Assembly (NCBI GenBank): GCA_032718475.1
Contig: JAUCBJ010008748.1
Location: forward strand, 1-64,000
Length of the DNA: 64,000 nucleotides
Origin: Nemertoderma westbladi
Taxonomy: Eukaryota; Animalia; Xenacoelomorpha
Reading direction: 5' to 3'
Shown here one piece after another: positions 1 through 11,295 of this stretch. Positions within the stretch are counted from its first letter, which is position 1; the number at the start of each line of letters is the position of its first letter. A model generated the notes under the pieces. The model made no database searches, was not told the DNA's origin, and saw only the letters and a program-made list of their open reading frames with translations. The position numbers and the translations under genes were made by a program.

Positions 1-1
1 T

Positions 2-850
2 TTTCTTGAATATAACACCCAGCAAAGAAAAATAGCAAGCAATGACTTTAATGATAAGTTTCACAACGGAACAAATAACGCGCTTTTCGGGAAAAGCATG
101 GAGAATATACGGGGCCGTGTCTCATTTCGCTTATGTAATTCAATCGAGAAATGTGACTTATTATTATCCAAGCCGAATCACGAAAATTTAATTATGTTCA
201 CTGATTCATTATCAGGTCTCGTCCTATCTAAAACTACGGTTTGTTTGCAAAAACCTATTTTTTTAGGCCAAGCTGTATTGGACCTGTCGAAGTTAGATTA
301 TTACAGTTTCTTCAACGAGAAATTAATGCCCCTGGAAGCCGAATTAAATTGTAGTATAAATTTGTAACACCAATTTTTATCTGCGTTACAATCAAAAAAA
401 GTTTTAGACTGTTCAAATTACCCTATTACGCATCCGTTGTATACAGTAGAACAGAAAGGGAAATATAGATATTTAAAGGATGAAGGGAAGTCTATCCCGT
501 TTGACCAGGTTATTTTACTTAGACCAAAATGTTATAGCTTTCGTGGGGGGTCAGTTCCAAAACGTGTCGCTAAAGGCGTAGGAAAAATGGTTATAAAAAA
601 GAAACTCTCCCACGAATCATATTTAAAAGTATATAACGAGGTTAGCGAGCATTACGAATACAATCAAAGGTTTCAATCTAATTTACATAAAATATACACC
701 GTTTCACAAAGAAAAAAATCGCTAACACTGTGGGAAGATAAAAGGTACTACACATCGACTAATGAAAGTCTACCTTACGGCCATTATAAAACACATTTGG
801 ATCGTAAAGCGCCAGCCCCTAAGCTTTATATGCCGCCCATTATAGAATAG
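2..850 (+). pseudogene. Protein-primed family B DNA polymerase, C-terminal part (Polinton type)
   Basis: Frame 2 reads NNALFGKSMEN (motif B), KPIFLGQAVLDLSK, LDCSNYPITHPLY, KDE..LRPKCYSF, AKGV, DKRY..SLPYGHY. Stop at 365-367; the YxDTDS motif is absent. Confidence 0.9.
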
Positions 851-859
851 CGGATTGCG

Positions 860-1418
860 ATGTCTTTTAGTGTTGTCAACAGTAATATAAGTTTGAGGTT
901 GGTTGATGGGCGCATATCATTCGATGTGCTGGTTAAACGAATTCGAAATGGAAAACTAATCTTAAAGCCTTTTCAATATATCACCAAAATTTGCGGAGGG
1001 ACGTGTCTCTTTTTCCCGAGCGGTAAGGTCACTGTACTCGGTAAATCGCCTAAAATAAAAAAAATTATTAAGTATATATATAAGCATACTGATTATAAAC
1101 TAACTTTTATTTCAATCAGCAGCCAAAAATATTATTAACAATCTAGACATAGACTATAGGATATTAATGAAAACGGCCGGGTTTCATTTTTTAGATAATT
1201 ATTATAATGTGGAGGTGAAATATGAGCCGGAGATATTTAATAATATTCTTGTGCAGTTTTATCGTCGGGGTAAAACTAGTTCTAATATCATAACATTTTG
1301 CGTTTTTTACACACGAAATGTTGTGTGTATGGCAAGACCCGGGATAATTCGAGTATTTTTTCCAAAAATTTTGAATTTTATTGGTAATTTAGATAGTCAT
1401 TTAGGTAGAAATATTTAA
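860..1418 (+). pseudogene. TATA-box binding protein (TBP)-fold protein, split by one frameshift near 1110-1125
   Basis: TCLFFPSGKVTVLGKS resembles TBP TALIFSSGKMVCTGAKS; YEPEIF resembles YEPELF; ITFCVFYTRNVVC resembles VLLIFVSGKVVL. Two-repeat layout, about 185 aa, intronless. Confidence 0.75.
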
Positions 1419-2610
1419 TTTTTTCATTTCTGGTGCCAGTTTTAGGTTTGTCCGGCGGGATCTCGTTAGGTTTTTAAATAAACGCGGATATTACCATTAT
1501 TCACATTATATATAACGTGTTTTATCGGTAGTCTTAGGTTGTCAAGGGCGTCAATTTCATTTCTGATGTCGGTTTACATTTTCATAAATCTAGTCTATCT
1601 GTCTATTTGTCGGTCTTTCTGTCAGTCAGTATGTCAAACTTAATTCATTGTTCGCGTTATAGAATGTATTTTATTAATTATTGATGTTAGGTTTTAAAGA
1701 TGATGAGATAGAGTGATGATAGTTTGACAGAAAGCGTCACAAAAACCTGCCATCATACTTCCTGTTTCATTATCTATATAACACAAAATTTTTACAGTAA
1801 AGGGGCAGAAACACCGACTAGAAGTCTAAATGCCCAATATGTATTTTCACAAAAAATCCCCGCGATGCAAGTCAAATAAGTTATATAGCGCGGCAAGTGT
1901 ACCCAAAAAATAGCAATTTTATTGTTCAAGCATATAGCGACGCCACACAAAAACCATTCACACACCTTCTTTTAGTCTTTCATCAAAAAACGGATGATAG
2001 TATAAGAGTTACCCTGCAAACCACCAACGTTAATCTAACGTTGGGTTTATGTTAGACATTCGTTAAAAAATGACAGTTAGAATTTAACCATAAACCTACG
2101 TTAAAATACGTTAGATTTCTGTCAATTTTTAACGTTAATTTTTTACAGTAATTATACGTCAAAAATTTACAAATATCGGACAATACCATATTTTTTAACG
2201 TTACTTTAACGTTAATTTTTAACGTTAATTTTTTACAGTAATTATACGTTAAAAATCAACAGAGATCTGACATTTCCAAATTTTTTAACGTTGATTTAAC
2301 GTTAATTTTTAACGTTTATTATTCATCAATGGATAACATATCTATGTCTAGCTGACCATCCGCTGACTTTGTTCATTTCTTATTTTGTTAAATTTTTATG
2401 ATACTTGTGTAATTTTTTAAATATTATTTTTAAATATTTGCCTTACTAGTCAGCATCTGTGTACCAGTACCAAGCGTACAGTATAAAAGTACAGTAAGTA
2501 AGCGTACAGTAGAAAAAGGGTGGAAAGAAGGATCTAGAAGATGCTAGTGGGGCTGAAGCCGATAGCGAAGATGAATGAATATTATATATCGATAAAAACT
2601 TGGCCCTAAT

Positions 2611-3348
2611 TACGTTACGGATAACTTTATGAAACTGGATGTACGTTTCGGTTAACTTTATGAAAGTGGATGTACGTTTCGGTTAACTTTATGAAACTGG
2701 ATGTACGTTACGGTTAAATTTATGAAACTGGATGTACGTTACGGATAACTTTATGAAACTGGATGTACGTTTCGGTTAACTTTATGAAAGTGGATGTACG
2801 TTTCGGTTAACTTTATGAAACTGGATGTACGTTTCGGTTAACTTTATGAAAGTGGATGTACGTTTCGGTTAACTTTATGAAAGTGGATGTACGTTTCGGT
2901 TAACTTTATGAAACTGGATGTACGTTTCGGTTAACTTTATGAAACTGGATGTACGTTTCGGTTAACTTTATGAAACTGGATGTACGTTTCGGTTAACTTT
3001 ATGAAACTGGATGTACGTTTCGGTTAACTTTATGAAAGTGGATGTACGTTTCGGTTAACTTTATGAAACTGGATGTACGTTTCGGTTAACTTTATGAAAC
3101 TGGATGTACGTTTCGGTTAACTTTATGAAAGTGGATGTACGTTTCGGTTAACTTTATGAAACTGGATGTACGTTTCGGTTAACTTTATGAAACTGGATGT
3201 ACGTTTCGGTTAACTTTATGAAACTGGATGTACGTTTCGGTTAACTTTATGAAACTGGATGTACGTTTCGGTTAACTTTATGAAACTGGATGTACGTTTC
3301 GGTTAACTTTATGAAACTGGATGTACGTTTCGGTTAACTTTATGAAAC
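2611..3348. repeat. 31-bp minisatellite, about 24 copies
   Basis: Unit AACTTTATGAAA(C/G)TGGATGTACGTT(T/A)CGG(T/A)T, head to tail with no spacers. Confidence 0.97.
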
Positions 3349-3789
3349 GGATGAGTCCGGTAGCAACCTACGGGTCTCTGAACTATAGATCTAAGCCTCC
3401 CATTGATAAATAAAAATTCCACAAATTTCTAATTCCGAATTCCAAAAATTCCACATTTCTAAAGCCTACTTTATAGTGTTATAGAAATTAAATTCAGAAT
3501 TTCATACAAGAAAAAATCATACATAATTATTGATTTTTTCATTGATCAATTACACGAGATTATGAATTTAAGCTTATGGTTTTAACACTTGAATTTGTTC
3601 AAAATTACATTTCACTGTATGTAACTGGCAATTTGAAAATCTATCGTAATGTGATAATAACGTGTATTTATTAATATTATATCTAATACATAATTAAAAT
3701 ATATACATAATTATTATATGTAATATTGATTAATCATAAGTAATGTGTTAATTGTGAGTTAATACAATATAATTTTGTCAATATTAAAT

Positions 3790-4575
3790 GGCAAAGTTGT
3801 CTTCGGCCGTTAGGCCAGGGAAAACATTACGCACAAAGTCTGACGACTTGTTTCCAGATAAGGGGGCGTTCATAAAGTATGTCACTCACTAGGGGAGGGG
3901 GGGGGGGGGGGTAGAGCTTTCGTGACATTTTGTGACAGGTGGTAGGGGGGTGTCGACCTTTGTGACGGTCACGGCGATGCTCTACGGTATGCTTTAATGT
4001 TAGATTGTCTTTGACTAACACATTTGTAGATGAGTGGGAAACTTTAAGGAAAAAACAATAAACTCAATAACATTGAATTTAATCCCTAACATTAACAGGA
4101 CACCCCTGTCTAGTCTGCCTTGTACATGTACAGTATTGTAGTTTGAAGCTGCTAAAGTATGTATAGGCTTTTAGTAAGAACTACTTCAGTCAAAATGTTT
4201 CACTTTCTATTGTGCTTTCTAACTGTTATTAAATTACTGAAATAAAATATTTTTCGTCTAGGGGGGGGGGGGGGGGGGGGGGTTATAAATTTACGAAAAT
4301 AGGTTTTTTGTGACAGAAGGGGGGGGGGGGGGGTCAAAAAAATGGAAAATTTGCGTGACATACTTTATGAACGCCACCTAATTCCACCATATTTTTATTC
4401 ACCAGAGGATACTCCAGTACCCATTAAAGGACGCCCTTGAGAAATGCGCCCTAGCTCGTCCCTTTAAAGCGTTCGTCCTGAAACGAAAACTCTCCCGACC
4501 CCTTTGCGGGGATCGAACCCATGACCTCTGGAGAGATGTTAATTATAGGCAACGGATTAACACTACACAAACTAA
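3790..4575 (-). mobile_element. Probable tRNA-derived SINE interrupted by a MITE
   Basis: Minus strand has an A-box-like TGTGTAGTGTTAA (~4570-4557) and a B box GGGTTCGATCCC (~4520-4509); no full cloverleaf. The 3' boundary is approximate. Confidence 0.5.
3862..4378. mobile_element. PIF/Harbinger-type MITE
   Basis: 24-bp TIR GGGGGCGTTCATAAAGTATGTCAC / GTGACATACTTTATGAACGCCACC (1 mismatch); TAA TSD at 3859-3861 and 4379-4381; internal G tracts. Confidence 0.9.
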
Positions 4576-5258
4576 AAGGGCGGGAAGAACATAAAAAATG
4601 TTAGATTTTTGCTTGATCAAATGTGGCGTCGAATGCTGGACATTGACATTGACATATAGATTATCTATCATTACTAATATCAATATTAATCATAACAACA
4701 CATTTTGATGCTAACAAATACAATAGTATTTGTAATTTCTCTGAATGCTATTTTTAATGCAACCACGGCGACAATAAACCGAGAGGATCATAGATTCGAG
4801 CTGAGTTTCAGCAGAGTAAGTGCAATACAAAAGACTGCAAGTATTTAAATTTATGCAAAAAAACCGTAAGTCAACAAGACTTGCGGTTTTTTGTCATCAG
4901 AATTTAATGAGGATTTCACATCTGGAAATGGTTTGGCGAGATCTGTTGTATGCATTTTCAATAATTACCAGAAGTAGCTCCGATGAGAGAAAGCTTGTAA
5001 TTAAACTATTGTTATTAATTCCATTAGTCACCTGAGGTCAACCCACCCTAACCTAACTGTTTAATATGAGAATGCCTTCTTAGGTTGTTTCGAGTTATCA
5101 CTGTCTACCGGTCTGACCGTCAAGATGTAAATTTAGACAGAGCCAGATAAGATAATAGCAATTGTCTGGAATATGTGATTATTTGACGTTAATTAACGTT
5201 AAGGTAATTAAGCGTTAATTATTATAATTATGTTTTTATCACTGTCAGTTGTTTGTAA

Positions 5259-5543
5259 TTTTTTAACGTTAAACATACAATATATTTTGACGATCCAAAC
5301 TGATTGTCAGTAATATGTCATTTTTTAACGTTAAACATACAATATATTTTGACGATCCAAACTGATTGTCAGTAATATGTCATTTTTTAACGTTAAACAT
5401 ACAATATATTTTGACGATCCAAACTGATTGTCAGTAATATGTCATTTTTTAACGTTAAACATACAATATATTTTGACGATCCAAACTGATTGTCAGTAAT
5501 ATGTCATTTTTTAACGTTAAACATACAATATATTTTGACGATC
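5259..5543. repeat. 62-bp tandem repeat, about 4.5 copies, in the subterminal region of the CACTA-like element
   Basis: TATATTTTGACGATC recurs at 5281, 5343, 5405, 5467 and 5529. Confidence 0.95.
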
Positions 5544-5938
5544 AAAATACCTACCGTTTAAAATTAACGTTAATTTGCGTTAATTTTTAACGTTAAAAGG
5601 GCGGCCAAACTAACGTTATTTATATGTATTATTAACGTTAATAATTAACGTTGGCATTGTCAGAAAATAACGTATATTAATGCATTATTAACGTTAAATT
5701 GTTTGCAGGGTAGGGGTGATATTTTCAACCCATTAGGGCAAACTGTTTATCAACCCACGAACACGAACTCTAACACACCTCACCAAGGCCCTGAGGCTCA
5801 GTCTATACCTCAGTAGCGATGCCACGCGGAAACCATTTACACACCTTGTTTTAGACTTTCACCAAAATTAGGTTATTACCGGTCCATGAACGTGAACTCT
5901 AGTATATAGTATTAATATATTAATAATGATATATAACG

Positions 5939-6396
5939 ATGAAAAATAGCGAGATTAGCCCCGGAAATTTTAAGAAGTTGTATCTAGTTTCTACTTTATT
6001 AACGGATACTTATAATAATAATAAGAAAAGCAATAATGTAATACAACCGCTAGATGGTGTGGCATTTCATCCCAGAAAGCCAAACGATTGTTAAGTTTTT
6101 TGATGCGATTCTTGCGAGACAGAGTATGGCGGAGTGATAATAATAAACTCTATATAGAAAATAAACTTATACCCGGAGCGAATATTTATCATTTGATTGA
6201 ATTGCTGACTACAAAAAAAAATAAGAAAAACACCAAAATAATTCCAGGACAAACAACATTTTTGGGGTTATTAAAACGATTAAGGATACCAAAACGATTA
6301 ATTGGTCGTGGTTGGTTGAAACGACGAGGGGTCCGTGTGACCCCCTCCAACGCAAAACGTGTCGACGCGTGGAAACAATACGTAGGACAACATTAA
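5939..6396 (+). pseudogene. Conserved Polinton small protein upstream of integrase (possibly the PW ORF), frameshifted near 6075
   Basis: KAKRLL..W...KLYIENKLIPGANIYHLI...PG...FL..L....IP pattern, as recalled for the ORF preceding integrase in Mavericks. Confidence 0.6.
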
Positions 6397-6478
6397 AATA
6401 GTAGTATGTTTTTTGAACGTTTCATATTAAGTATTAACTGTCATTGCAAGTGTTTTCTGCCGCGACTCGACACAACCG

Positions 6479-7290
6479 ATGGGGAGAATCGTAGAAAATC
6501 GAACAAACAAACGACTGGGAAGAATATATTACAATGTTTCAAATGCTGCCGGTTTCGTGAGCGTAACCAAACTAGCGAAAGCCGCTAAAGTTACGAGAAA
6601 TCGCGCAAAGGGGTGGTTGAGCTCCCAACGAACGTATTCCCTACACGCGCCGGCTAGGCGCCATTACCCGACAACAAAAATTTTCACGGGCGGCATTGGA
6701 GATCTATATCAGGCGGACCTATGCGATATGCAACCCTTTAGGGTGGAGAATAATGGTTATGGTTATATAATTACTTGTATCGATTGCTTCAGTCGCAAGG
6801 CATGGGCACTAGGGTTAAAACGTAAAACCGGTGTCGAAATTAAACGCACCCTAACCACAATATACGAAGAAAGAAAGCCTAAAAGACTGGCGGTTGATCA
6901 GGGTACAGTACTGAGTTTGTAAATAAATTAGTGAAAGAATTCTTACAGAATAATAATGTTAATTTTTATACATTAGTTAGCCAATTTAAAGCTAGCATCT
7001 GTGAGAGGCTGAACCGCACACTTAAGTCGAAAATGTATAAAGTGTTCACAAGGCGGCCAAATAGGAAATGGATCGACATATTAACGAAGCTGGTAATTTC
7101 ATATAATAATTCAATACATAGAACCATCGGTATGGCGCCAAACTCAGTCAATAAAAATAATGAAACTGACTTATTTTTAAAACTATATGGCAGTGTGGGC
7201 CATCCCAATAAAAAGAAACGCCGCGAACAGCGTCGTGTTTATTTCAAAGTTGGCGATAAAGTGCGTCTGAGTTTAACCGCGACGCCATAA
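6479..7290 (+). pseudogene. Polinton retroviral-like (DDE) integrase, frameshifted and 3'-truncated
   Basis: IYYN..AGF, YSLHAPARR, YQADLCDM, CIDCFSR, DQGT/EF, KASICERLNRTLK, YNNSIHRTIGMAP, FKVGDKVR; 5-bp insertion within 6904-6910. Confidence 0.92.
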
Positions 7291-7302
7291 TAGGATACAA
7301 TA

Positions 7303-8172
7303 ATGGATCGCTTACATTTGACATTGACTTGTGACGCCAGTCTTGATTAATATCCTAACAACACCCCGAGCGATTTTACAATTGAATTGTCCAAACCTAT
7401 TCCCATTACCACGGATTGGGTTGTGGGCCTAAAAGAAATACAATATGTATCAACTTATAGGAATATTGAGCAAAGATCCGGACTTAAAATTGGCGAATAC
7501 ATGCGGATATACAGATGCGGATATACCATTCCATATTGCTCCATATAACCTTATTGAAATCGATCTTAATCATGGGCTGTATGCTTCCGTTGAGTCAATT
7601 ATAAATTATATTACCGTATATTTGAAAAAAAATTCCATAGCACATCATGGTTTCTCCGATGTTATGTTTAATTATCACAAGCACACATCGAAAATACATT
7701 TGCATTCTATGAAAGGACACTATTTCCAATTCTACGGGGATTTAATAAATATATTTGGCTTATTGTCTTTAAAAAATAACATACTTGGTCTTGACGCGTT
7801 TTGGTCAATACATTACAACCCAGAAGACAGCTTACTAAGTTTAGGCTCTAGAAATTCAGACAAAAATGGAATTGAATTTCCTGAACTCTGCGATATAACG
7901 AGGGATAGACATACAATGTTTATATATACAGATAATTGAATCTTCCCACATGGGGAGCATTCTATGGTTCCTCTTTTGCGGATAATCCCGTTAAAATGGC
8001 AACCATAAGTCAAGAGTTCGAAAACACTCATTACAAACAGTTAAAAAATCAAAAATTTGTTAATACAATTAGTATAACGCTTCGCGATCATAAAGGAAAG
8101 CATATAGTGTTTCACGGTGGTAAAACAATTTTAGTTCTAGAACTAAAAAAACAGGAACAGATTTCACGCTGA
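7303..8172 (+). pseudogene. Polinton minor capsid (penton-like) protein, disrupted
   Basis: N-terminal LTLTCDAS..YPNNTPSDFTIELSKPI...WVVGLKEIQY, MFIYTD, and C-terminal ISITLRDHKGKHIVFHGGKTILVLEL; contains stops and frameshifts. Confidence 0.8.
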
Positions 8173-8567
8173 ATTCTGAACTGTCTATAACACTTGACAG
8201 TGAACATACCCTAGTATTATTTGGACCAGAGGTTGTTACTGCTAATGACTTAATTTCTTTGAAATAACATGTCGATACATTGTGCTCATTGACTGTCTTA
8301 TTTGGCCGTGTGACTTCACCCCCTAGACTCAGAAATTTAGGGCCGTGTCTCCAAATATTTGAGTTTATTAATTGTTCTGCTGACAGACCTCTTGTTGGAA
8401 TATCAGCCGGGTTCATTGAACCTGGACAGTGTCGCCATTGGGCATTTAACTCGTTTGTTAATTTACGAATTTCTGCTAGGCGATTTTGAACAAACTGCTT
8501 ACAGTTTTGGTTAGGTGATTTTATCCAACACAAAACGTCATAAGCGTCTGTCCACAAGTATACATGT
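8160..8567 (-). pseudogene. BEL/Pao pol fragment (RNase H region)
   Basis: VYLWTD..VLCWI...FVQNRLAEI...WRHCPGSMNPADIPTRG...WRHGPKFL. Confidence 0.9.
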
Positions 8568-8954
8568 TCGTGGGGCCTTCGCGCAGCACGAGGCCCAGTT
8601 ATGAGATACAAATTAAAATTGTGCGACTGTATCACAAAATCAGGTTATGAGAGATTAACCCACACCACCAATTAATCAAAGAAAGGGGGACAGTACGTGT
8701 TCACCCCTTTTAATCTGCACCCCCCCCCCCCTCCCCCGACCCACCAATACATAACTGCGACATCTACCACCCACGGAAGGGTAGCACGAACTTATTTCCA
8801 AACGCACATTCAATATGCAAAGCCAGGTGGTTTATAGGAATATAATCAATGCAGTACTCGTCTTCATTATAAGCCTCTTTGCGTTCGACCTGTTCTGTAT
8901 TAAAATATATTTATTAAACGCAGGCTGACGCTCTTTATAATAATAATACCTAGG

Positions 8955-9290
8955 GATGCCAGTTTCCAGACTTTCAATCTTTACTGCCACGCAAACCCCG
9001 CAGAGGAAGTTTTGGTTTGAGAGATCAAGCCCATCAGCAATTGGTGTTTCAATTTCGGTCCAGGAACTCTGACAATGGGAGCATTCAATCTTAGCTGTGG
9101 TCCATTCCCGTGGTTTCGGCTTCCTTTTCTTCGTCCCAATGACAGATTCTTCTGAAGACGTTCGATTCGCTTTCAGTTTATTGTTGTCGTTTGTGTTTTG
9201 AAGTTGTATTCGAGTGGACAGTCGCGCCGGTTTCGAGGTAACCATACCGACCTGTGATAAGCGTTGGTTTTGTTGAGTGCCGGTATTCAT
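8955..9290 (-). pseudogene. Truncated CxxC-CxxC zinc-finger ORF, possibly the N-terminus of a CR1/L2-type LINE ORF1
   Basis: IECSHCQSSW...NFLCGVCVAVKIESLE after a basic low-complexity leader; truncated downstream. Confidence 0.4.
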
Positions 9291-9699
9291 CTTCTCTCAC
9301 CTCTTCAATGTCAGATGTTGCAAATACTGATAACACGAATAACGGTATATATTTCAATACTTGTCAATAGTAATAATATATATAATTTAGATAACTATTT
9401 TATATCTGTACTGTTGAGCAAACTCTACATAAATTTCAACCTGTGTATCGCCGGTAGTGCTGTTGCTGTGCAAGTGCTGAAGTGCTAGTTGCCACCGGTC
9501 ACGCGGTCAGCCGGTACCGGTAGTAGGGTGGTACCATGGCCTACTACACACAGGCCATGACAAGGACTTTGCTGTGAAATTAGCGTAGGCTTTAAGATGA
9601 ATTATCAAATATTATATTTTCCATGAATGCAGGGTCCATATTTAAAAGAAGATGACTAGATTTTCGTAAAGAATTTAATTGAAACAGTATTTAATAATT

Positions 9700-10080
9700 A
9701 ATAAATTAATTATCGCTCGAGTTCCTGCAGCTTTTATTCGTTTGTGGCTGCCTCTGGCTATGTTTGTGGCAGGAGTGTTTGAACGCTAATAAGTCGGTCA
9801 ATCATGGATGAAATGGAACCAAACTTGGTACACATGTAGTCTATCAAAAGATTAGACTAGAAATTCTACACACAGACAGACTTCTACAGTTCCCCGGTCT
9901 GCCGCTAGGGGGCGAATTAACAGAAACGTAAAAATAGCTGTAATTATAGAACCAAACGATCAGATTCATCTGAAATTTAGTAGTAGTTACCTAAGAGCAT
10001 TGCTTAATTATAAATTCTACAGAGACTTTTACAGTTCCTGTCTGCCGCTAGTGGGGAATTGTTAGAGCTCCAGTTCAACG
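9700..10080. mobile_element. Fragment of a non-autonomous interspersed repeat (Helentron-like)
   Basis: Two ~145-bp internal core repeats containing CTGCCGCTAG(G/T)GG; 9782-9836 matches 29247-29300 in reverse complement. Class assignment is tentative. Confidence 0.4.
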
Positions 10081-10358
10081 TCCTTAGCACGGTTTATCGC
10101 ACAATCAATTAATTATTTTATTCAATACAGTAATTATAACAGTAAAATGCAATGTATTCTATTTTTTAGTGAAATCAAGAGATAGGAGGGGGGTGGGACT
10201 GGACGCAAATCCCATCTTGGCGAATTAATATCCCGCCTCAATATTAATTTCTCAATTTTGGGAAAGGAGCAGGTTACAGTGGCACGTTATTTTAACCAAA
10301 AAAATAAAGTAAACACAATAGAACAGGTTACAGTTTTATTTTTGAGAGTAATCAGGTG

Positions 10359-11295
10359 TTGTTATTTGCGTCCAATTTCCCCTGGAGAGGGATGAATTTT
10401 TATTGCGTCCAGTTCCCCCCCCCCCCCCCCCCCCCCTATCTTGAAATCAAATACCAAAAATATATTTATTATATGAACAATCTATTGGGAAATTGTAAGT
10501 TCGGCCTATCTCTTTACCATAAGCTCAGTATCTTTATCTGGTGTGTTTTTATTATTTTACCAATTATTTAATATGTTTGATAGAATTGAACAACACCGCC
10601 CAACACAACCAACTCTCTATCTGCCTCGAGCATCGAGAATACGAGAAACTCGATCGAAATACCTGCTTATCCCAGTAGTATCCGTCCGTAGTCACCGGAC
10701 CGCTGCGGTTTACTCCCGTAGAACAGTAGAATTCCCGCAGCTTCCGACCCAATTCGACAACGAATTCGCTTCACACTTTCGCGTCACAGAGAACATAATC
10801 CAGTGCGATAACGTCTGCCCAACGTTCAACCATTTCCCCCAGGCGATCCCAGGATCCGGGCTGCCGCTAAACCCAGATCGCAATCCTCGTCGATTCGTCC
10901 AGTCGTCGACGTAAGTCAGTAAGTTGGACTCTTCCCACCGCACTCCAAGGTGGGTGACCGGAGTGAGGCATGCGGAACTTGGCAGTGGCCCGCATTACGA
11001 TCTGACCGACCGCCGTATTCCCAGTGTCTGAGTGTAGTAAATACCCAAATAGAATCGTACTAACAAACAAGCAATTCCGTAGTATTCCCCCATTGTTATT
11101 TGCGTCCAATTTCCCCTGGAGAGGGATGAATTTTTATTGCGTCCAGTTCCAGTTCCCCCCCCCCCCCTCCTATCTTGAAATCAAATACCAAAAATATATT
11201 TATTATATGAACAATCTATTTGGAAATTGTAAGTTCGGCCTATCGCTTTACCATAAGCTCAGTATCTTTATCTGGTGTGTTTTTATTATTTTACC
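10359..11295. repeat. 734-bp tandem duplication: copy 1 at 10359-11092; copy 2 starts at 11093 and resumes at 27925
   Basis: TTGTTATTTGCGTCCAATTTCCCC at 10359 and 11093; 10562-11090 is nearly identical to 27925-28453. Confidence 0.93.

Larger units (their letters stand above)
2012..5710. mobile_element. Non-autonomous DNA transposon, probably CACTA/EnSpm (CMC)-like
   Basis: TIR CCCTGCAAAC (2012) / GTTTGCAGGG (5701-5710); TA on both flanks; dense subterminal TTAACGTTAA palindromes at both ends; no transposase. Confidence 0.75.
1..8172 (+). mobile_element. Polinton/Maverick (adintovirus-like) remnant, interrupted by an insertion at 2012-5710
   Basis: Co-oriented pPolB, Polinton-type integrase and minor-capsid-like genes, all disrupted. 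No TIR seen; extends left of the window and is cut on the right by a BEL fragment. Confidence 0.9.

Noticed and set aside
860-1418. Host TBP/TRF gene or processed pseudogene
   Set aside because: Far too divergent from the highly conserved metazoan TBP core, and tightly packed behind Polinton PolB.
2611-3348. 31-bp array (also the 62-bp and 50-bp arrays) as CRISPR
   Set aside because: Units are contiguous with no unique spacers, there are no cas genes, and the context is eukaryotic.
4495-4575. Functional tRNA gene on the minus strand
   Set aside because: Only A/B boxes and a T-arm are recognisable; no acceptor stem or clean anticodon arm, so it is treated as a SINE head.
10543-10914. Plus-strand 123-aa ORF (and 27828-28277) as a gene
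   Set aside because: No domain signal; it looks like the antisense shadow of the more protein-like minus frame, though this is not proven.
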